Shown here in pieces: positions 10,250 to 21,685 of a stretch of DNA of 64,000 nt. Where the stretch lies: the NCBI GenBank assembly GCA_043228905.1, contig JBHGNT010000014.1:14260001-14324000 (forward strand), read 5' to 3'. A model generated the notes under the pieces. That model made no database searches, had not been told where the DNA came from, and was given only the letters and a program-made list of their open reading frames with translations. Source of the stretch: Azolla caroliniana (Eukaryota > Plantae > Polypodiophyta). Within the stretch, counting starts at the first letter, position 1; each line of letters starts with the position of its first letter. The position numbers were made by a program, and so were the translations under genes.

Positions 10250-12313
10250 TTAAAAATCCATTCTCACTTGGGACAAGAGTTCCCTCTTGTTCCTTTCGTG
10301 ATTTGCCGGCACCGTTAGGAATTGGACGGATTTCCCTCCGTTTTGGCTCCGAATTCGCGCAAAAGCCGCACCACTATCGAGCACCTTCGTCTCCATCCGT
10401 GATGCCGTGATAAAGGGTTGGCCGAGGATGACGGAATGTGAAACCTCATCTTGCACGAAGAAATTTTGGTCGATCTCGACATCCCCGATCTTCACCGTCA
10501 CATCCGGACAAGCCGCAAATAGATCTTCCGTTGCTTTGGTGGCCGCCCGAATCTTCCATCCATGGTTGGTGTTAATAGGCCACTTCCCCTTCCGGTAGAA
10601 CTCCTTGGACATCAAGTTGATCTCCGATCCGTGATCAATCAATGCTAGCACGGGTTCTTTGATGTTGCCGATTCGGACCGGAGTCTCCGTAGTCGCGCGT
10701 GCCCAATGTGGCCTTGTATAGTGGGAGTTCGGAATTTCGTCCTCCGCTTCGGTGTCGTTCATTAAAACGGTGTTCACATTCACCCTTGGAGCATTTTCCT
10801 CCGTACTTTGTCTTTTTCGCTTCACGAGATCCACGAGAAGATCGTGGAACTCCTTCTTTGCTATTCCGAGTAGCTCCCGAAGCGAGAAATCTACCCGGCT
10901 ATCCAAGATTCTTTCCTCGAACACTCTTTTCAAGTCGGTTTGTTGTTCTATGTCCGAGGCGAGCTTGAATGCTGGAGTCGCCTTTTCTTTTCCCTTACCT
11001 CCGGAGTTCCAGCTTTCCGGTATCTTTGATGGCCCGGCCGCATCCTCCGTGCGTCGTCGTTTCTCGTCCACATACACCTTATGCAATTGACACAGGGCGT
11101 ATATGCTATTTTTGTCGACAGGGCACTCCCATCCCGTAGCTTCCCGGACGCCTTCCGCGGTGCTCCGGATCTCGTTGGAGTCGGTTTTCTCGGTAGTTTC
11201 TAGAACTTCCGGCCAAAAAGACGTATTTGCTCTCGTTGACTCCCCGACACATATTCCCGCGGTTGTCGCATAGTTGCTTCTTGCCGCCAATTCCTCCTCG
11301 AGCACCTTCTTCATGCCCCCTTTCCGGAAGTTCGGTCGGAGTGGCTTCCGAGAGTCCATCGAATGAATCCGGTTTCCCTCGTAGTAGATGAGATCCCGCC
11401 GTAGCGCCTCCTTATGCTCGTCGCAATCCCTCCGATCGTGTTCGGCGCTATCGCACCATATGCACCGTCGGTCCGTATACTTGGAGCTCGTGGGGCGGTC
11501 ATCCGACTTCTTCACCATCGCGATCTTCAGATTCTCCATCTCCTTCAATAGTTGCTCCACCGTAGATGCATCAATCCCCTTCTCGGTTGTAGTCTCTCGA
11601 GCCCTCAGTTGATGGTCTTCCAATCCGGTTCTCGGTTTCGGAATCGGTTCCGAAACCCTCTTTTCCTCGTCGGCAAGCCATTGCCCCCTCTTCGTGTATC
11701 GCGCGACGATATCCCGCACGCTTTCCCATGTTTCGGTGAGGCCGCTCTCCGTGGTCGTGTCCTCCAAGAGCACTCCGAGATCTTTCCGGTCCCGGACGTC
11801 CACGGCTCGCAAGAACATGATCACCTTGTCCGGTACGAGGATAGCTTGATCTCTCGCGGACAACCTACCGAACCGGCTTTCGAATGCCAAAAACACATCA
11901 ACAACCTTCAATCCCTTGTCCGGCGTCTCCACCCAATCTTCAAATCCCCTTCGCGTCGCCTTGGACGAATCCTCGATGGCGAACGTCCTCTTTAGCTCTA
12001 CTTCAAACGCCTCCCATCTCGGATTTTGCTGTCGTAGCCCGTGGATGCTCGCTTGAAGCCCGTCGGTCGCCACCCGGTTGAAGGACGTCACTTGCAGTCC
12101 TTCCGATATTCCGCACCGTAGCATCTCCGCCTTGTAGTCCCGAAGATACCGCGACACATCTTTCCCGTTGAATTGCCCGTTTCGTTGCACGAGCCACTCC
12201 ACTGAGGCCGCTATCTCCGACATCGCGCGTTGTTCTTGCAGCATGCGCTCGAACATCATCATCATGTTCATCGCTTCTTGTTGATTCTCCATCTCCTTAC
12301 CACCCGTTTTCAC
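10250..12313 (-). CDS. gag: Gypsy D gag-protease polyprotein
   Basis: 687-aa open frame; zinc knuckle CIWCDSAEHDRRDC; aspartic protease ALIDHGSEINLM...ILGQPF. Confidence 0.88.
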   Translation of the reverse strand: MKTGGKEMENQQEAMNMMMMFERMLQEQRAMSEIAASVEWLVQRNGQFNGKDVSRYLRDYKAEMLRCGISEGLQVTSFNRVATDGLQASIHGLRQQNPRWEAFEVELKRTFAIEDSSKATRRGFEDWVETPDKGLKVVDVFLAFESRFGRLSARDQAILVPDKVIMFLRAVDVRDRKDLGVLLEDTTTESGLTETWESVRDIVARYTKRGQWLADEEKRVSEPIPKPRTGLEDHQLRARETTTEKGIDASTVEQLLKEMENLKIAMVKKSDDRPTSSKYTDRRCIWCDSAEHDRRDCDEHKEALRRDLIYYEGNRIHSMDSRKPLRPNFRKGGMKKVLEEELAARSNYATTAGICVGESTRANTSFWPEVLETTEKTDSNEIRSTAEGVREATGWECPVDKNSIYALCQLHKVYVDEKRRRTEDAAGPSKIPESWNSGGKGKEKATPAFKLASDIEQQTDLKRVFEERILDSRVDFSLRELLGIAKKEFHDLLVDLVKRKRQSTEENAPRVNVNTVLMNDTEAEDEIPNSHYTRPHWARATTETPVRIGNIKEPVLALIDHGSEINLMSKEFYRKGKWPINTNHGWKIRAATKATEDLFAACPDVTVKIGDVEIDQNFFVQDEVSHSVILGQPFITASRMETKVLDSGAAFARIRSQNGGKSVQFLTVPANHERNKRELLSQVRMDF

Positions 12314-12326
12314 GTCGGGTTCACCA
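12311..12326 (-). promoter_or_regulatory. primer binding site complementary to tRNA-Trp 3' end
   Basis: Plus strand CACGTCGGGTTCACCA matches the 3' end of plant cytosolic tRNA-Trp as I recall it; 4 nt from the 5' LTR. Confidence 0.75.
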
Positions 12327-12888
12327 ACTGTGTCGTGCCTTTCGGCTCCGGATCGTTTGCGTGAGTCGGGTGGGAACCACTGGGGTTTTGGACTAGGAAG
12401 AAGAGAGTTTTAAGGCTAATAAGAATATAAATATGTTATAAGAAAGAGTTATAGCAAACTCGTGAATCCCACGAGTGTATTGTATTAGATTAATCAATAT
12501 GAATATAAGAATATAAACTTCGGTTGAAAGAGAATGATATAGAATTCTCGTGAATCCCACGAGTATAGTTTATTAATTGGTGTTTTTTAGAAACATATCT
12601 AGTTTCCAAATATTTTTCACACACAATTACATTGTGCTTCCCATCCTTATGTAGTGATGAGGAAGTCTTAGTAATCCATGCTTTTTCTCTAACTATAGAC
12701 CCCATGCTTTTCCTATAGATAGACTATATGCTTTATCTAAAGTGATCATGCTTTTTCTAACTTGTGCGTTTTTTATCATTCACGCTAGATGTGTATGTGT
12801 AGCTTTTTCTTTTGTTATGCGTTTTTCTAATGTTTATCCTAGCGTGAATTTACCTTTCTATGTGGGACATCTATGCTTTAACACTAAT

Positions 12889-12960
12889 GAAATGCTAGTG
12901 TAATGGTAAGACATTACATTATTAACATGGAGGTGCAAGGTTCGAATCTTGCCCTATGCA
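12889..12960 (+). promoter_or_regulatory. tRNA-like Pol III A/B-box module in D 5' LTR
   Basis: Second LTR copy of 7429-7500. Confidence 0.7.
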
Positions 12961-13058
12961 TGTTCCATTTATTTTGCTATTTTCTTCTATTTCTTCATTT
13001 TTTATTGAATCTAATACTATATACGTTTTTCACGTAGTGTACAAAATACACTACGACA

Positions 13059-15384
13059 CCGGCTTCCACAGCCGCCATGTACTCCGCCTTTGTGGTTGAC
13101 AATGCAACCGTCTTCTGCAGCCTCGATTGCCACGAAACAGCTCCCCCTGCATATGTCATCACATACCCGGATGTAGACCGACTGGTATCCACATCAGCCG
13201 ACATGTCTGAATCGGTGAAACCGTCCAGTTGAGGTTTTCCGGAGCCGAATCGGAGACACATATTTGAAGTGCCCTTCAAATACCGGAGTATCCACTTGAC
13301 CGCATTCCAGTGCTCCTTGCCGGGATTGCTCATAAACCGGCTCACCACTCCAACTGCGTATCCAATGTCCGGTCAAGTACAAACCATTGCGTACATCAAG
13401 CTCCCGACGGCAGAGGCATATGGGATCTTCATCATATCCGCCTTCTCTGCTTTCGTCCTCGGGCTTTGCTTACCGGATAGCTTGCAGTTTGCCGGAAGTG
13501 TCGATCCGACCGGTTTCGCTTCTGACATGTTGAACCGGTGAAGCACCTTTGTCACGTACTTCTCCTGTGACAGCCATAATTGCTTCGCTTTCCGGTTACG
13601 AATGATGTGCATCCCCAACATCTGTCTTGCCGGACCCAAGTCTTTCATTGAGAAGGTCCGGTTTAGAGCTTTCTTCAGCATCCGTATTTTGACTTGGTCA
13701 CGTCCGACGATCAACATGTCATCCACGTATAGGAGGAGTATTAAGAAGTCACCTCCTTCGAACTTCTTCACAAACACGCAGTGATCGGCCTGCGTCTTGT
13801 GGTACCCTTGATCGGTCATGAAGGAGTCGAACTTCCGATACCATTGCCGAGGAGCATGCTTCAGTCCATATAGGCTCTTCTTCAACCGGCATACCAGGTG
13901 CTCCTTCCCTTTCTCCACAAATCCTTCCGTTTCCTGCATGTAGATCTCCTCTTCGAGGTCGCCGTGAAGGAATGTCGTCTTCACGTCCAGCTGCTCTACC
14001 TCGAGGTCCATGCTTGCTGCTATACTCAGCACCGTCCGGATGGAGGTCATGTTTACTACCGGGGCAAATATCTCGTCGAAGTCCACGCCCTTCTTCTGCT
14101 GGAAACCCTTCACCACGATCCTGGCTTTGTATCTCGGGGGTTTGCCGGCATCTCCCGGTTTCAACTTGTACACCCACTTGTTTCGGAGTGCCCGCTTTCC
14201 TTTCGGCAGCTCCACCAATTCGTATGTATGGTTCTCATGCAGGGAATCCATCTCGTCCTGCATGGCACTTAACCATTTTCGGCTGTGGGTGTCTTCCTTC
14301 ACTTCTTCGAAGCTTTCCGGCTCCCCCTCATCGGTCAACAGAACATGCTCTGCATCCGGAAATCTCTGAGGCGCCCTTCTCTCTCTGAGAGGATATCTCC
14401 GTCTTCGGGCTTCGGTAACCGGCTCCTCCATTTGCTCTTCATCCGAATCCGATTCGGGGTCTTGGCCGGTTCCGGTCTCAGCTTCCTCTACCTCTTCTTC
14501 TGCCGGTTCAGTATCCTCACCATAACAGGCTGGTTCCTCGAGTGTTAACCGGTCTCTTGCCGGTTGGGTCTGCTCATCGTAGAGTCTATCCTTACCGGTC
14601 GACTCAGAGTTCATTATCTTCTTCTCCGACTCCCAGTCGGCGAGCGTCTTGTCCTCCATGAAGATAATATCTCGACTCCGGAATACCTTCTTGTCGACCG
14701 GGTCCCACACTCGGTAGCCGAACTCATCGCCACCGTAACCGAGGAATATGCATGGCCGGGTCTTTGGATCTAACTTTCCTCTCCGGTCCTTTGCTACATG
14801 CACGTACGCGAGACACCCGAACACCTTCAGATGCCGGTAGGACACTTCCTTACCGGTCCATACTCTCTGTGGTGTGTCTCCGTCCAAGGGTATTGAGGGT
14901 GATCTGTTTATCACATATGTCGCCGTCGACAGTGCCTCAGCCCAAAACTTCTTGGGTAGTTTTGCATGTGCTAGCATACTCCGGACCCTCTCCATTATGG
15001 TCCGGTTCATCCTCTCGGCCAGTCCGTTTAGTTCCGGCGTCTTCGGCACGGTAAATGCGAGTCGGATTCCCTTCGAGCGGTAGTACTCCTCGAACTGCCC
15101 CCGGTACTCTCCTCCGTTATCTACTCGAACCGTTTTCAGCTTCCGGCCGGTTTCTCTTTCCACTCTTGCGTGGAGCTCTTTGAAGACGGATAACACCTGA
15201 TCCTTTGTCTTCAACGGTGTGGCCCACAGCTTCCGGCTGTGGTCATCTATGAACGTCACGAAGTACTGCGCTCCGGCATGTGACTTCGTGTCTACTTGAC
15301 ACACATCCGTATGCACCAACTCCAGTGGTGCATTACGTCTCATCGGTGGCCTTGATCGAAAGGAGGTCCGGTTCTGCTTACCGG
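13059..15384 (-). pseudogene. pol: Copia C integrase, RT and RNase H N-terminal part
   Basis: LELVHTDVC, DNGGEY, NGLAERMNRT, GKLDPK, YKARIVVKG, LYGLKHAPRQWY, LYVDDML, FTDSD; frameshift near 13373. Confidence 0.93.
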
Positions 15385-15511
15385 TGTCGTGATGTGGCAT
15401 GTCTAGTGCGAGAAAAAGTCAAAAATTGAGGATCCACACACATTTCACGAATACTTGTAAAAATGAAAATAAATAAACCTAGGTCACAATGGCATTGAGT
15501 GCATGTAGAGG

Positions 15512-15583
15512 GTTACAAGTAGGATTTGAACCTTGCACCTCTAAGATAAGAGGCAATTACCTTACCACTAAAGCTACTACTAA
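15512..15583 (-). promoter_or_regulatory. tRNA-like Pol III A/B-box module in LTR E1
   Basis: Minus strand reads GTAGCTTTAGTGGTAAGG...AGAGGTGCAAGGTTCAAATCCTAC. Confidence 0.7.
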
Positions 15584-16036
15584 GTGCTTTAGATGTTCTA
15601 TATTTCTTTCTCATATTCAGTATTCCGTAGGAAACAAACGAACAAAATCGTGTACACAAAACCACGGTTTTAAGCCCATGGTTTCCTACATGTTACAAAG
15701 CAAAACTGTGTGCATAGAAACCATGGCTCCAAGCCCATGGTTTTGTGCATGGACAAACCTATAAAACCCCTAGTACGGCTTGTGTAAAGGGGGGGCTCAA
15801 TATGATATGAACATCATCATCACCATCAATAATATAAGCTTCTATTTCTTCTTCTTCGCATCTATCTTGTAATTATTTATCTACTTCTGAAAGTGTACAA
15901 TCTTCAATCTTCTCAAGTGTAATAGGTCTTCCTCCAATCTTACATTCACATCTTCCTCTTCTCAATACCTTGGCGGACATCCTCCTTGGTCCAAGACCCC
16001 GGTGGTCCCGCTCAAGCGAAGCACGCTCGCACGCGC

Positions 16037-16122
16037 TGTTGGAAGCGAGGTCGTCAATGCGGAAGATCAAGAAGCATTCAGTTCTGTTCTGAGTACCTGC
16101 GTATGAGAGATTGTAGGTCGTT

Positions 16123-16157
<35 letters not shown>

Positions 16158-18936
16158 CACAAATACTCTTTATTCCATAAAGCAATGATACAACATCCAA
16201 CCTCACAAAGAGGTTACAAGGTCACTATATATAGTGACCAACTTAGGGCAATTACCCTTTATGCTAATTACATAAATGGCCAAAACGGGATAGTGTGAAT
16301 ACGTCCATTATACACATGTATTCGACACTCCCCCGTAATGGGCGTATACATGGGTTATCTAAGATTACAGGTATAGACTTAGGTTCTCGGACATATCAGC
16401 TTTGTTCGAGTCGGCAGGGTCCGAAGGCAGAAGACCGAACTGGTCGGGTCGGAACAGTTGAAGCCGATCATTAAGGAGCTGACGTCGGTTGTCGGGAACC
16501 ATCCTGCTCTGTGTCCGGCTCTAACCGGACTGGTTTGTCGTTACGCCCATCTGATGCCGAAGAGACCGAAAACGGTCTGCCGAAAGACACTTGGTCATTC
16601 CATCTGCGACATTGTCGGTTGTGGATATTTTCTCTAGACCGATTTTCCCTGAAATGACGCAGTCCCGAACGAAGTGATATCAAACGTCGATATGTTTGGA
16701 GGCGTTGTGGTGAACCGGATTTTTCGACAAGGCAACAGCACCTTGACTGTCGCTGTAGACAACTGGAGCCGAGTCATGGTCGACTTGTCGAAACGTGTGC
16801 GCCAGCCGACCGAGCCACAAAGCTTCTTTTGCTGCGTCGGACGCAGCTACATATTCTGCTTCGGTCGTTGAGGTCGCTGTGCACTCCTGAAGTTTCGACT
16901 TCCACGAGATTGCTCCATTGCCGAATTTGAAGCAGTATCCGGTTGTTGATTTCCGACTGTCTATACAGCCGGCGAAGTCCGAGTCGGTGTAACCGACTAC
17001 GCCTGAGGTTCGGTTCGGACCAAAAAGAATGCCGTGGTCTTTTGTGCCAGCCAGATATCTGAACACATGCTTGACTGCGTTCCAATGCGATCGGCCAGGA
17101 TTGTGCATAAATCTGCTGACGACTCCTACGGCGTGAGAAATATCAGGCCGTGTCGCGACCATCAGGTACATAAGGGAGCCGACTGCCGGTGCATACGGTA
17201 CCGACTTCATATCTTCCCCCTCCGGACCGGATGTCGGGCAGTCTCGCTGAGAGAGTCGAAGATTCATAGGGAGCGGGGTTGAAGCAGATTTGGCTGATTG
17301 CATGTTGAAGCGTTCTAAGACACGTCGGATATAGTCGGTCTGAGACAGAAAAAGATGTCGTTTATCGCGATGCCGACTAATCTTCATGCCAAGGATGTGT
17401 CGCGCCGGACCGAGGTCCTTCATGGCAAACTTCAACCGCAGTTGCCGAACGAGATCGGCAAGTTCGCCCGCGTGGCGTCCAGAAATTAGCATGTCGTCCA
17501 CGTAAATGATGAGGAAGATGGGTGATCCATCTTGAGCTGTGTTGGTGAAGAGACAATGGTCCTCATCGCTTTTGGAGAAGCCGATCGATTGGATGAAGTC
17601 GTCGAACTTCTTGTACCATTGTCGCGGTGCCTGTTTGAGGCCGTATAGACTCTTCCTGAGTCGGCAGACTAGATGTTCTTGGCCAGTTGCCACAAAGCCT
17701 TTCGGCTGCTCCATATAAATTTCCTCGTCAAGATCACCATGGAGGAAGGCTGTTTTGACATCTAGCTGAATCAGCTCCAAGTTGTCGGCTGCCACTACGC
17801 CGAGTAGGAAACGAAGGGTTGTCATTTTCACCACTGGTGAAAAAATCTCGTCGAAGTCGACGCCATATTCTTGTCGGAAGCCCTTCGCAACTAATCTGGC
17901 CTTGTACTTTGGGGTGGTCGAATCAGACGTCTCTTTTAGTCGATAAACCCACTTGCAAGGAAGAGCACGTCGGTTCCTAGGTAATTCGACCAGATCCCAA
18001 GTCTTGTTTGCCCGAATGGAGTGCATTTCCGACTCCATCGCCAGATGCCAGGTGGCTGAATCGACAGATGTCGATGCTTCTTCGTAAGACGTCGGTTCGC
18101 CGGCGTCGGTGAAGAAAATTCCAGGAGAATACCTCTCCGGAGGTTGCGACAGTCTCTCGGATCGTCGAGGTATGATACCAGATGTTGGAAGCGAAGCTCG
18201 GTTCGGAGTTGACTGTGAACCTTGTTGGAGTGCAGCCGGTTGGCTCACCCGATATCGTTCTCTAGTCGGATTTGAACCCGAGTCGGTTCGGCTTCGGAAC
18301 TTGCTCGAATTGACTCCGGTAACTTGAGTGACAGAACCGACTGGTCTTCCCGAGTGTTGCCGAGTCGGAGTGAGCCCGGTTCGCTTCGGATATATGTGCC
18401 GAATACCGATTATTGAAACCGATTATCTGGACCGATTCTGCTTCGGGTGGCTGCAGCGACGAGAGAGACAGATCCAACTGATCCTCTCGAATGTCGATCA
18501 GCCGGATGAAGCACGAATTGGGGTTGTTGTCTTGAGACCGATCTGCACCGAGTGGTTACAACGAGCAGCGTTTGATTACCTCTTCGGATGCCGTTTAACC
18601 GAGTGGAGCACGATCGTGTCGATGTTGCACAAGGGGATTTCACCTCGAGTGGTTACGATCACAAGGGACAGAGTACAACCTGAAGGCTTACTCCAAGCAA
18701 GAGGATCTAACGCAATGAGGTGCAAACCTCGTTTTTGTTCTTCTTCTCTCTTTCTTCGAATGACGCGAATACTGTGCAGGCCGTGATGAAGTGAAGAACC
18801 GAATGTTGTGCAGGCGGTGATGACGGCCGAACCTCTGCTCTGATACCAGATGTTGGAAGCGAGGTCGTCAATGCGGAAGATCAAGAAGCATTCAGTTCTG
18901 TTCTGAGTACCTGCGTATGAGAGATTGTAGGTCGTT

Positions 18937-18971
<35 letters not shown>

Positions 18972-19141
18972 CACAAATACTCTTTATTCCATAAAGCAAT
19001 GATACAACATCCAACCTCACAAAGAGGTTACAAGGTCACTATATATAGTGACCAACTTAGGGCAATTACCCTTTATGCTAATTACATAAATGGCCAAAAC
19101 GGGATAGTGTGAATACGTCCATTATACACATGTATTCGACA
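16037..19141 (-). mobile_element. Copia F, non-autonomous (RT-RH only), very young
   Basis: 291-bp LTRs 16037-16327 and 18851-19141, apparently identical including (AG)15; TSD CGCGC; PBS TGGTATCAGAGC; PPT GGGGGAG. Confidence 0.93.
16680..18248 (-). CDS. pol: Copia F reverse transcriptase and truncated RNase H
   Basis: KYKARLVAKGF, QLDVKTAFL, LYGLKQAPRQWY, IYVDDML, YTDSD, HHNASKHIDV then stop. Confidence 0.9.
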   Translation of the reverse strand: MSQPAALQQGSQSTPNRASLPTSGIIPRRSERLSQPPERYSPGIFFTDAGEPTSYEEASTSVDSATWHLAMESEMHSIRANKTWDLVELPRNRRALPCKWVYRLKETSDSTTPKYKARLVAKGFRQEYGVDFDEIFSPVVKMTTLRFLLGVVAADNLELIQLDVKTAFLHGDLDEEIYMEQPKGFVATGQEHLVCRLRKSLYGLKQAPRQWYKKFDDFIQSIGFSKSDEDHCLFTNTAQDGSPIFLIIYVDDMLISGRHAGELADLVRQLRLKFAMKDLGPARHILGMKISRHRDKRHLFLSQTDYIRRVLERFNMQSAKSASTPLPMNLRLSQRDCPTSGPEGEDMKSVPYAPAVGSLMYLMVATRPDISHAVGVVSRFMHNPGRSHWNAVKHVFRYLAGTKDHGILFGPNRTSGVVGYTDSDFAGCIDSRKSTTGYCFKFGNGAISWKSKLQECTATSTTEAEYVAASDAAKEALWLGRLAHTFRQVDHDSAPVVYSDSQGAVALSKNPVHHNASKHIDV

Positions 19142-19179
19142 CGCGCATCTTCGCGACATTAATTTTTTGGACTTAATGA

Positions 19180-20257
19180 TGTCGTGAAAATCCGTCACTA
19201 CGCGCGGATCGTGAGGCGGAACCGCGGGGGTTCTGGACCAGAAGGATTTAGAGTCGATACAAGCTTTGGCGAGAAAGTACTTAAGATAGATCGGGAAAGA
19301 GAGAAGTTGAGATTACACGATTGAGAGAGATTGATTGAACTTTTAACTTTAGATTTAAGAAACAAGTTACACGATCAATTTGATAACGAATTTCTTCGTC
19401 TTAATTTTCATAAAAAAAACCGTGTTTTTTCTCCTCCCCCTTCCCTCTTTTATAGATGCTCTCATGCATATGATGCATGTGAGGGTACAAGACATGCATA
19501 AATTGCATGTTTGCCATTTGGCGCTTATGTATTACATGTGGTGCATGATAACCATGTCACTCATTTTAGTTCTCATGTATGAGAATTTACATGTAAAAGT
19601 ACAATGATAGAAATATAATTTCAACTAAATAGCATGGTTTAATGGTAAGCCAATTGACTCCTAACTTGGAGGTGCAAGGTTCGAATCCTTACTTGCCCTC
19701 CTTGTATATGTAAATATGTATATATATTTATATATTTATTTATCTAGTCGCCGGTTTGCCGGATGTCGTGGGTTACCGGTGCGTCACCGGATACCGGTGA
19801 ATCGCCGGATGCCGTGGGTTACCGGTGCCGTCGCCGGATTGCCGTCGGATCACCGGCTCCATCGCCGGTCCGGTTTTGGTTGGCCAAAACCCTTTACGAG
19901 TAGTTAGCCCACCTCCACTCTTAGTTCAAGTTACCTTGAACTCTCTATGCTCCACACATAGACACAAAGATAATATCTTTTGCTCCACCTTATATATGAT
20001 GAGAGCTGTATTTGTCGTGCCTATGTGGGATATCTCACAATTTTCTCCTTTCCTTTTACAAACTTTATACCCTCATATCTTGACATTTAGTTGTCCGTTT
20101 CTCATGTAATAAAGTGCATTCGAAACCTCCATCATTTTGTACTTAGATATTAAATCTATTTAAAATGTTATCTTCACAATTATTGTACTACGTGATTCAT
20201 ACTCGATTTCATACGTTTTATAGGATTTTCACACTATTGCCAAAAATCTTCACGACA
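19180..20257 (-). mobile_element. LTR E2 (TGTCGTG...CACGACA), opposite orientation to E1
   Basis: Inverted termini; minus-strand U5 hairpin at 19213-19241; minus-strand TATA near 19450; CCGG-rich block 19748-19875; followed by the CCGG TSD that restores Copia C CLAG|KQ. Confidence 0.75.
19627..19699 (+). promoter_or_regulatory. tRNA-like Pol III A/B-box module in LTR E2
   Basis: TGGTTTAATGGTAAGCC...GGAGGTGCAAGGTTCGAATCCTT; D-arm GGTT/AGCC; canonical B-box. Confidence 0.72.
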
Positions 20258-21655
20258 CCGGCCAGACAATCAGTGCACTTCTCCAAGTGCACGTTCTTCA
20301 CTGGAATGAGGTTGTCGTCTGCAAGCCTCTTAATCCCCTTCTCGCTCATATGACACAACCTCTTGTGCCACAGCTCACCGGCGGTGTCAGATGCCACGTT
20401 CACTTCTTCCGGACATAACCGGGCATTCATCAGGTACAGTGTGTTTACCTTCCGGGCCCGAGCCACAATCAGGCTCCCTTTGCTAAACTTCATGACACCG
20501 TTCCGGATGCTACCCGTGTAGCCTTCATCATCTAGCCGACCGGCTGATATCAGGTTCAGAAGAACCTCCGAAACGTGTCGGACATCCTTCAGCAGCAACT
20601 TGCATCTTGTTGGTGTTGACAGCCACACGTCTCCTATGCCGATAATTCGGCATGTACCTTCATTCCCCATCCGAACACAGCCGTGGTCACCGGCTGAGTA
20701 GGATGAGAAGCATTTCCGGTTCGGGGTAAGGTGGAACGACGCTCCAGAGTCTACCACCCAGGTCATCTCGTCGCCGGCAAGGTTCATCTCACTCTCCTCG
20801 GTGATGAGCATCAACTCTTCTTCACTTGCCGCGATTGCCGTTGTTCCCTCCCGGTCCGTCCCCTTCCGGGGTTTGCTTCGAATCGGTACCGTCGGTTTCC
20901 TTGTCTTTACGGAAATGCCAACAGTTCTTTTGGAAGTGTCCCGGCTTGCCGCAATAGAAGCAAGTAGGCCTCCCCCTTGACTTTGACCGTGTCCCCGACT
21001 TCTCCCGGTTCTGAGGACTACGGTTTCTATGTCTTCCGCGTTCCGATTCGGTAAGGAGCGCTTTGGAGTCGGAGCTCGTATCTTTATCCTTCCGACATGC
21101 CTCCTCATCTAGCAAGCTCGACTTTACTCTTGCTAGGGATAACCGCTTTCCTTTCGGCCCGGCGTTGCCCAAAGTGACAACCAACGTCTCCCAGCTATCC
21201 GGGAGGGAACCGAGCAGGAGTAGCGCTAGTACCTCGTCGGCAAGAGGTACTTCCAATGATGTTGCTTGGTGTATCAGCCCCTAGAAGGCATTCATGTGCT
21301 CCGCCATGCTGGAGCCATCATGGTATCGGAGTCTTACTAGCTTCCGGAATACTGACACCTGATTGACAGCATTTTTGTTCTGGAACATTATGTCGATCTT
21401 CTCCCAGAGCTCATGAGCCTTGCTCTCTTCATTGAAGTTGTTGTATAGGCTCATGTCGATGAAGCACCGTACGTACGCCGTTGTCTTCATGTGCATCACC
21501 TCCCATATCGCGGCGTCGATTTTGTCCGGTCTCTTGTCCCCGAACTGAACCGGCAGCCAGAGGTCTTTAACCACGAGCATGTCCCTCATCTTCGACTTCC
21601 ACACTGAATAGTTGGAGCCGGTGAGCTTGAACATGCCGCCAAACGATTCGTCCAT
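20258..21655 (-). pseudogene. gag: Copia C gag, protease and GAG-pre-integrase (disrupted)
   Basis: KLTGSNYSVWK, LLLGSLPDSW, CFYCGKPGHFQKNC, WVVDSGASFH, LWHKRLCHMS; one stop and a frameshift. Confidence 0.92.
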
Positions 21656-21685
21656 TTTCTGTGTCGATTTTGCTCTGATACCACT

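Larger units (their letters stand above)
6871..13058 (-). mobile_element. Ty3/Gypsy (non-chromovirus) retrotransposon D, young, internally deleted
   Basis: 728-bp LTRs 6871-7598 and 12331-13058 (3 differences seen); TSD CCGG; PBS TGGTGAACCCGACGTG; PPT GGAGGGGGTGAG; gag-PR, partial RT and an extra ORF. Confidence 0.95.
15385..19158 (+). mobile_element. LTR E1 (15385-16036 plus 19147-19158), TGTCGTG...CGCGACA, split by Copia F
   Basis: Inverted termini, CTATAAAA at ~15760, U5 hairpin at 15985-16013, antisense tRNA-like module. Confidence 0.75.
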
